Assembly: GCA_965222605.1 (NCBI GenBank)
Contig: OZ244960.1
Coordinates: 5,248,001-5,312,000 of the forward strand
From: Candidatus Latescibacterota bacterium
GTDB taxonomy: Bacteria; Latescibacterota; UBA2968
Direction of reading: 5' to 3'
Length of the DNA: 64,000 nt
Below are positions 58,961-64,000 of the stretch, in pieces. Under the pieces are notes generated by a model. The model was not told where the DNA came from, searched no databases, and worked only from the letters and a program-made list of their open reading frames with translations. Each line of letters begins with the position of its first letter. The stretch's first letter is position 1. The translations under genes and the position numbers were made by a program.

Positions 58961-59221
58961 ATGCTGGAACAACGGGCTACGATAAAAAATAAACTGGGCA
59001 TTCACGCGAGACCCGCGGCTTTGCTGGTACAGGCGGCGGCTAAATTTACTTCTGAAATTACACTGGAAAATGATGGTCTGGCAATCAATGGCAAGAGTAT
59101 TATGGGCGTGATGATGTTGGCTGCGGAAGAGGGTTCTGTGATCACGGTGCGGGTCGAAGGTGAAGATGCCCGCGATGCACTGGATCATATCGTCGAAATG
59201 ATTGAATCAAAATTTGACTGA
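58961..59221 (+). CDS. ptsH: phosphocarrier HPr
   Basis: GIHARPA, NGKSIMGVMML. Confidence 0.95.
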   Translation: MLEQRATIKNKLGIHARPAALLVQAAAKFTSEITLENDGLAINGKSIMGVMMLAAEEGSVITVRVEGEDARDALDHIVEMIESKFD

Positions 59222-59224
59222 GCT

Positions 59225-61009
59225 ATGAAATATCTCAAAGGCATACAGGCGTCTCCGGGCATTGCAATTGCACCGGTGTATTTATACGATCCAGAAGAGT
59301 TTCCCGTGGATCAACGCCGGATAGATCCCCGCGATATTCCCGCAGAAAAAGCGAGACTGCAAGAGGCAATCAGAGCAGTGTCTGAGGATTTCGCGGCCAC
59401 GCGGGCGCATGTCGAGGATATACTGGGCAAAGAGCACGCGCAGATATTCGACGCGCATTTGCTCATATTGCAAGACCCCATGCTTCTCGAGCTTACATAT
59501 CCACATATAGAAAAATATAATGCCGAATACGCTTTTTGGACGACCTTCCAGAATTTGCGTCGTCGATTTGAAGCATTTCAAGATGATTATTTGAGAGAAC
59601 GCGGTGCTGATTTATTGGGTATTGCAAAGCGGGTGTTAGCCAAATTGGGGAATTGGGAAAAGGCAGGGTTAGATCGATTGCCCGACAAAGCGATTGTCGT
59701 TGCACGCGATTTAATGCCCGACGATATGGCGCACTTGCAACCCGATCGAGTTTTGGGGCTTGTTACAGAGGTTGGTGGCCCCACGTCCCACGCGATTATT
59801 CTGGCGCGCGGGTTAGAGATTCCCGCTGTTGTCAGCGTTGCTAACGCGCTATCTGATGCGCATATCGGCGATGTGGCGATAGTAGATGGTCATCGCGGGG
59901 ATTTTATTCTCAACCCGGATGGTGAAACACTCGCACAGTATCAGAGGCTGGCCGAAAAACTGAGAAAGCGAAAGGCAGGGTTAGCCTATTCCCGAGATTT
60001 GCCCGCCCAGACTAAGGATGGTGTTCGGGTCGCGTTGCAGGCCAATGTGGAATTGCCCAGCGAGGTGCATTCTGCGATGGATTACGGTGCTGAGGGCGTC
60101 GGGTTGTACCGCACGGAATATCTCTATCTCGCCAGCGATATTTTGCCCGATGAGGCCTCACAGGTTGCCGCCTATTCGCAAATGGCCAAGCGCATTGCGC
60201 CACATCCCCTCGTGATTCGCACCCTGGATCTGGGGGGCGATAAAATGTCGCATGTACTCAATACACAACCAGAAATGAATCCCTTTTTAGGGTTGCGATC
60301 CATCCGGCTGACGCTGAGGCACCGCGACCTTTTTAAAATACAGCTTCGGGCGATCTTAAAAGCGAGTGCTGTTGGCAATGTGAAGTTGATGTTGCCCTTG
60401 ATTTCGGGAATCGACGAATTGCGCGAAGCACTTGCCGTGCTCAATGACGTGCGCGAAGAACTGGCGCGAGAAGGTGTGCCTTTTGACCCTCAGTGTCCTG
60501 TTGGGGTCATGATCGAAGTCCCTTCTGCTGCGCTGATAGCCGATCAATTGGCGCGGGAAGTCGATTTTTTTAGTATTGGCACCAATGATCTGATCCAATA
60601 CACGCTTGCAGTTGATCGCGGCAATGATCTCGTCTCGTATTTATTCGATCCGTTTCACCCCGCGGTCTTGCGATTGATCAAGTGCGTGGTCGATGCAGCG
60701 CATGCACAAAATATACCGGTGACTGTTTGCGGCGAGATGGCGGGAGATCCGCATTCTGGATTGTTGCTGATGGGCATGGGGGTTGACAAGCTGTCGATGA
60801 CGCCTTCGGCATTGCCCGAGGTCAAACGCGCAATTCGCAATACATCTTTTGATCTGCTTCAGGCACTTGGCGAAGATGTACTCAATATGCATGAGATCGC
60901 AGATATTCGGGCGCGTGTAAACGCCATCTTATCCGATGAGGATAACGAGTCGTTCGTTGGTGGGGAAAGTGGTGAGACCGCACTACAAATGAGATTGTCG
61001 TTGTTTTAA
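59225..61009 (+). CDS. ptsI: PTS enzyme I
   Basis: GGPTSH, GLYRTE, RTLDLGGDK, SIGTNDLIQY, CGEMA. Confidence 0.96.
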   Translation: MKYLKGIQASPGIAIAPVYLYDPEEFPVDQRRIDPRDIPAEKARLQEAIRAVSEDFAATRAHVEDILGKEHAQIFDAHLLILQDPMLLELTYPHIEKYNAEYAFWTTFQNLRRRFEAFQDDYLRERGADLLGIAKRVLAKLGNWEKAGLDRLPDKAIVVARDLMPDDMAHLQPDRVLGLVTEVGGPTSHAIILARGLEIPAVVSVANALSDAHIGDVAIVDGHRGDFILNPDGETLAQYQRLAEKLRKRKAGLAYSRDLPAQTKDGVRVALQANVELPSEVHSAMDYGAEGVGLYRTEYLYLASDILPDEASQVAAYSQMAKRIAPHPLVIRTLDLGGDKMSHVLNTQPEMNPFLGLRSIRLTLRHRDLFKIQLRAILKASAVGNVKLMLPLISGIDELREALAVLNDVREELAREGVPFDPQCPVGVMIEVPSAALIADQLAREVDFFSIGTNDLIQYTLAVDRGNDLVSYLFDPFHPAVLRLIKCVVDAAHAQNIPVTVCGEMAGDPHSGLLLMGMGVDKLSMTPSALPEVKRAIRNTSFDLLQALGEDVLNMHEIADIRARVNAILSDEDNESFVGGESGETALQMRLSLF

Positions 61010-61030
61010 TTTTTTATAGGAGCAGGCTTT

Positions 61031-62164
61031 ATGGGTCGTTTGTTTACGTCGGAATCGGTTTCTGAAGGGCATCCAGATAAGGTGGCAGATCAAATTTCGG
61101 ATGCCGTGCTCGATGCTATGTTGGCGAAAGATCCCAAATCGAGAGTAGCTTGTGAAACGCTGGTGACAACCGGGCTTGTGGTGGTCGCCGGGGAAGTGAC
61201 GAGCAAGGCAGTTGTAGATTTTCAGTCGCTGGTGCGCGGCGTGATTAAAGATATTGGCTATACGAATTCGAGCTACGGATTTGATTACAAAAGTTGTGAG
61301 ATCATAGTGAAATTAGACCAACAATCGTCCGATATTGCACAGGGGGTGGATACAGGTGGAGCCGGCGATCAGGGGATGATGTTTGGATATGCGTGTCGAG
61401 AAACGGCAGAGCTGATGCCGTTGCCCATTACCCTGTCCCACAAATTGGTGGCAGAACTCGCGCAGATTCGGAAAGACAAAGGGCTTTCGTATTTGCGCCC
61501 CGATAGCAAAGCACAGGTGACGGTGGAATACGATGGGGACGCGCCGGCTCGCGTGCACACGGTGGTGGTTTCGACGCAGCACGATGAAGATGTATCGCAC
61601 GAGCAGATTGTACGAGATGTAAAAGAAAAAGTGATCCGCGAAGTGGTGCCCACACATTTTTTGGATGGGGATACGATTTATCACGTCAACCCAACCGGCA
61701 AATTTGTAGTGGGCGGGCCATACGGCGATTGCGGATTGACCGGGCGAAAAATTATTGTGGATACGTACGGCGGGATGGGGCGTCATGGCGGCGGGGCGTT
61801 TTCCGGCAAAGATCCGAGCAAGGTAGATCGCAGCGGGCATTATGCGGCGCGCTGGGTCGCCAAAAATGTCGTTGCGGCGGGTCTTGCGTCTCGATGCGAG
61901 GTACAACTGGCCTACGCTATCGGGGTGGCAAAACCCGTTTCGGTCGCCGTAGATACGTTTGGCACGGGCCAAATTGAGGAATCAAAAATTGTCGCTCTGA
62001 TTGACGATCATTTTGATCTGACGCCGTCGGGCATTATTGCAGCACTCGAGTTGACCAGCCCCGTGTATCGTTCCACAGCCGCTTATGGTCATTTTGGACG
62101 CGGAGAATTTACATGGGAACAGACGAGTAAGGCCGTTGTATTAAAAAAAGCCGCTGGACTGTAA
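61031..62164 (+). CDS. metK: S-adenosylmethionine synthetase
   Basis: [28 protein letters not shown]. Confidence 0.97.
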   Translation: MGRLFTSESVSEGHPDKVADQISDAVLDAMLAKDPKSRVACETLVTTGLVVVAGEVTSKAVVDFQSLVRGVIKDIGYTNSSYGFDYKSCEIIVKLDQQSSDIAQGVDTGGAGDQGMMFGYACRETAELMPLPITLSHKLVAELAQIRKDKGLSYLRPDSKAQVTVEYDGDAPARVHTVVVSTQHDEDVSHEQIVRDVKEKVIREVVPTHFLDGDTIYHVNPTGKFVVGGPYGDCGLTGRKIIVDTYGGMGRHGGGAFSGKDPSKVDRSGHYAARWVAKNVVAAGLASRCEVQLAYAIGVAKPVSVAVDTFGTGQIEESKIVALIDDHFDLTPSGIIAALELTSPVYRSTAAYGHFGRGEFTWEQTSKAVVLKKAAGL

Positions 62165-62207
62165 TATTTTTTAGTTTTTCCGACCATTATCATCTTGCCA
62201 ATTTTTT

Positions 62208-62237
62208 AGCGCGGAATCCACTTCCGCGCTTTTTTTA
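62208..62237 (+). terminator. terminator after metK
   Basis: AGCGCGGAA-TCCAC-TTCCGCGCT followed by T run. Confidence 0.75.
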
Positions 62238-62255
62238 TTTCGAGTAAATGCGTTC

Positions 62256-63617
62256 TCATCTTTCGAGATCGTATTGTTTGATTTTTTTGTGCAAGTTGGT
62301 GCGTTCAATGCCCAGGGCATTGGATGCGCGTGTGACATTTCCTCTGTGTCGCTCCAGTGCTTCGGCAATGTAGTGCCGCTCAACGGCCTCGCGCACCTGC
62401 CGAAGTGTTTTTCCCGCGCCGAGATCTGGAAAAGAATCGAGTTGTTTTGGAATGGTCATGCGATCTAAAGTGGGTAAATCTTCAGGATATATGGTATCTT
62501 CTGAAACCATAATTGAGAGGCGTTCAATCAGGTTTTTCAGTTCGCGGATGTTGCCGGGCCAGTCGTATTGCAAGAGCAGGTCCCGCGCTTCTGCCGATAG
62601 TGCTTTGGGTAAAAATCCATTTTCCTGGGCATAAGTATTGAGGAAGTGTTCGGCCAGTTCGGGGATGTCTGCGCGTCGCTCCCGCAAGGGCGGCGCTGTC
62701 AATGGTACCACATTCAGGCGAAAGTAGAGGTCTTCTCGAAATTTGCCCTGCTCGACTTCGGCGTGCAAATTTTTGTTTGTCGCAGCGATGACACGCACAT
62801 CTACCTGAAAGGTTTTGACGCCACCGACCCGTTCAAATTCACCCTGCTCGAGCGCGCGCAAAACCTTGGCCTGTACCGATAGGCTCATGTCGCCAATTTC
62901 ATCGAGAAATAACGTCCCCCCATCGGCTTGAAGGAACTTGCCATCGCGCGTTTTGACCGCGCCGGTAAATGCGCCCCGGTCACTTCCAAACAATTCGCTT
63001 TCAATGAGCTCTTCGGGAATGGCAGCACAGTTTACTTTGATAAAGGGATTGTTCGCTCTACGACTCATTTTGTGAACAGCGCGGGCAATGAGTTCTTTGC
63101 CCGTGCCACTTTCGCCGAGGATGAGAACGCGCCCATTGGTGGGGGCAACGCGCGCTATCTGGTTGCGAATTTCTGTCAGGGCAGGACTTTGTCCCAACAT
63201 TTCGTAGCGTCCTTCAATTTGTTGCTTGAGGTGGCGATTTTCCTCGGTGAGTTCCCGGGTCTGGAGGGCACGAGAAATCGCCAGTAGCACTTTGTCGCGA
63301 TCGAGGGGTTTTTCCAGGAAATCATAAGCTCCCCGTTTGATGGCGAGAACGGCGTTTTGCACATTGCCGTGTCCCGAAATCATGATGACTGCCAGATCGG
63401 GACGCACTTTGAGGAGTTTGGGCAACAGGTCGAGGCCGTTGATTTCTGGCATAAGAATGTCGAGCAAGACCAGGTGAATGTATTCTTTTTTTAGTACGCC
63501 AAGACCCGCTTGTGCCGAGGCGCAGGTAAAGACCTGATAGCCTTCACCCGATAAGATCATGTCTAAGGTTCGGCGGATATTTCTTTCGTCGTCAATAATG
63601 AGAATGTTTTGGCTCAT
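62256..63617 (-). CDS. sigma54-dependent response regulator (NtrX/NtrC-like)
   Basis: REC domain, [22 protein letters not shown], Fis HTH. Confidence 0.93.
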   Translation of the reverse strand: MSQNILIIDDERNIRRTLDMILSGEGYQVFTCASAQAGLGVLKKEYIHLVLLDILMPEINGLDLLPKLLKVRPDLAVIMISGHGNVQNAVLAIKRGAYDFLEKPLDRDKVLLAISRALQTRELTEENRHLKQQIEGRYEMLGQSPALTEIRNQIARVAPTNGRVLILGESGTGKELIARAVHKMSRRANNPFIKVNCAAIPEELIESELFGSDRGAFTGAVKTRDGKFLQADGGTLFLDEIGDMSLSVQAKVLRALEQGEFERVGGVKTFQVDVRVIAATNKNLHAEVEQGKFREDLYFRLNVVPLTAPPLRERRADIPELAEHFLNTYAQENGFLPKALSAEARDLLLQYDWPGNIRELKNLIERLSIMVSEDTIYPEDLPTLDRMTIPKQLDSFPDLGAGKTLRQVREAVERHYIAEALERHRGNVTRASNALGIERTNLHKKIKQYDLER

Positions 63618-64000
63618 TGCTGTTCCTCCGGTTGTGCTACCGCTTGGTCGGGAATGGGAAGTTGAAGATCGAATTGCGCGCCCCCTGTAGGGGCATCTGT
63701 GACCGAGATATGTCCCCCGTGATCTTCAATGATGCTGTGCACCACGGCAAGGCCCAGGCCCATACCGCTTTCTTTTGTGGAAACATAAGGTTGGAAGATA
63801 CGCCCGCGATCTTTCAGGGGCACGCCCGGCCCGCTGTCAATTACGGAAAGTATAGCCGTGTCGCCAGACGTGCGCGTGCGAATCTCGATCTGGCCGTTTT
63901 TGCCAGAAGCATCAAGACCATTTTCTATCAGATTAATCAGCACCCGACGCATCTGCTCGGCGTCGAGTTCGAGCGTTGGGTGATTTTTTTTTAGGTCGAG
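63614..64000 (-). CDS. sensor histidine kinase, C-terminal HATPase (partial)
   Basis: NLIEN, DSGPG, GMGLGL, HGG; frame open to the window edge. Confidence 0.9.
   Translation of the reverse strand, partial: LDLKKNHPTLELDAEQMRRVLINLIENGLDASGKNGQIEIRTRTSGDTAILSVIDSGPGVPLKDRGRIFQPYVSTKESGMGLGLAVVHSIIEDHGGHISVTDAPTGGAQFDLQLPIPDQAVAQPEEQQ

Overview
Bacterial chromosomal window. The repeated dockerin/EF-hand-like 'DFDGDGxVxFxDFLxFAxxFG' domains, three PhyH-family genes and a sulfatase suggest a Latescibacterota/Gemmatimonadota-like, possibly sponge-associated organism (inference only). Left third (1-25.7 kb): ppdK 5' end, tRNA-Lys, a sulfur cluster (cysH, cysM-mec-cysO-rrf2-cysK) with a visible Rrf2 box, rpsT, a blaI-blaR1(M56)::DUF4837-like-tonB module with three copies of a palindromic operator, and catabolic genes. 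Middle (about 25.7-42.3 kb): a decayed accessory/defence island ending at the 3' end of tRNA-Asn, with AbiE and DUF433/PIN toxin-antitoxin pairs, a deleted RelE-type toxin, an IS256 without target duplication, five IS3-like ends, a nested MITE, an exact 89-bp direct repeat, and a fused restriction-modification gene bracketed by 60-bp inverted repeats. Right third: core genes (tadA, tRNAs, large SRP RNA, dnaX-ybaB-recR-pgsA-pgpA-recA-recX-alaS-pcrB-pfkB-ptsH-ptsI-metK, NtrY/NtrX-like pair) with a 15-repeat surface protein between recA and recX. Best leads: the transposase-free IS3-end cassette carrying the R-M gene, the BlaI/BlaR1/TonB regulon, an HxG-type Fe/2OG enzyme (halogenase candidate) and an RpiB with a microcompartment-type N-terminus. 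All family calls come from motif recognition by eye; no database search was run.
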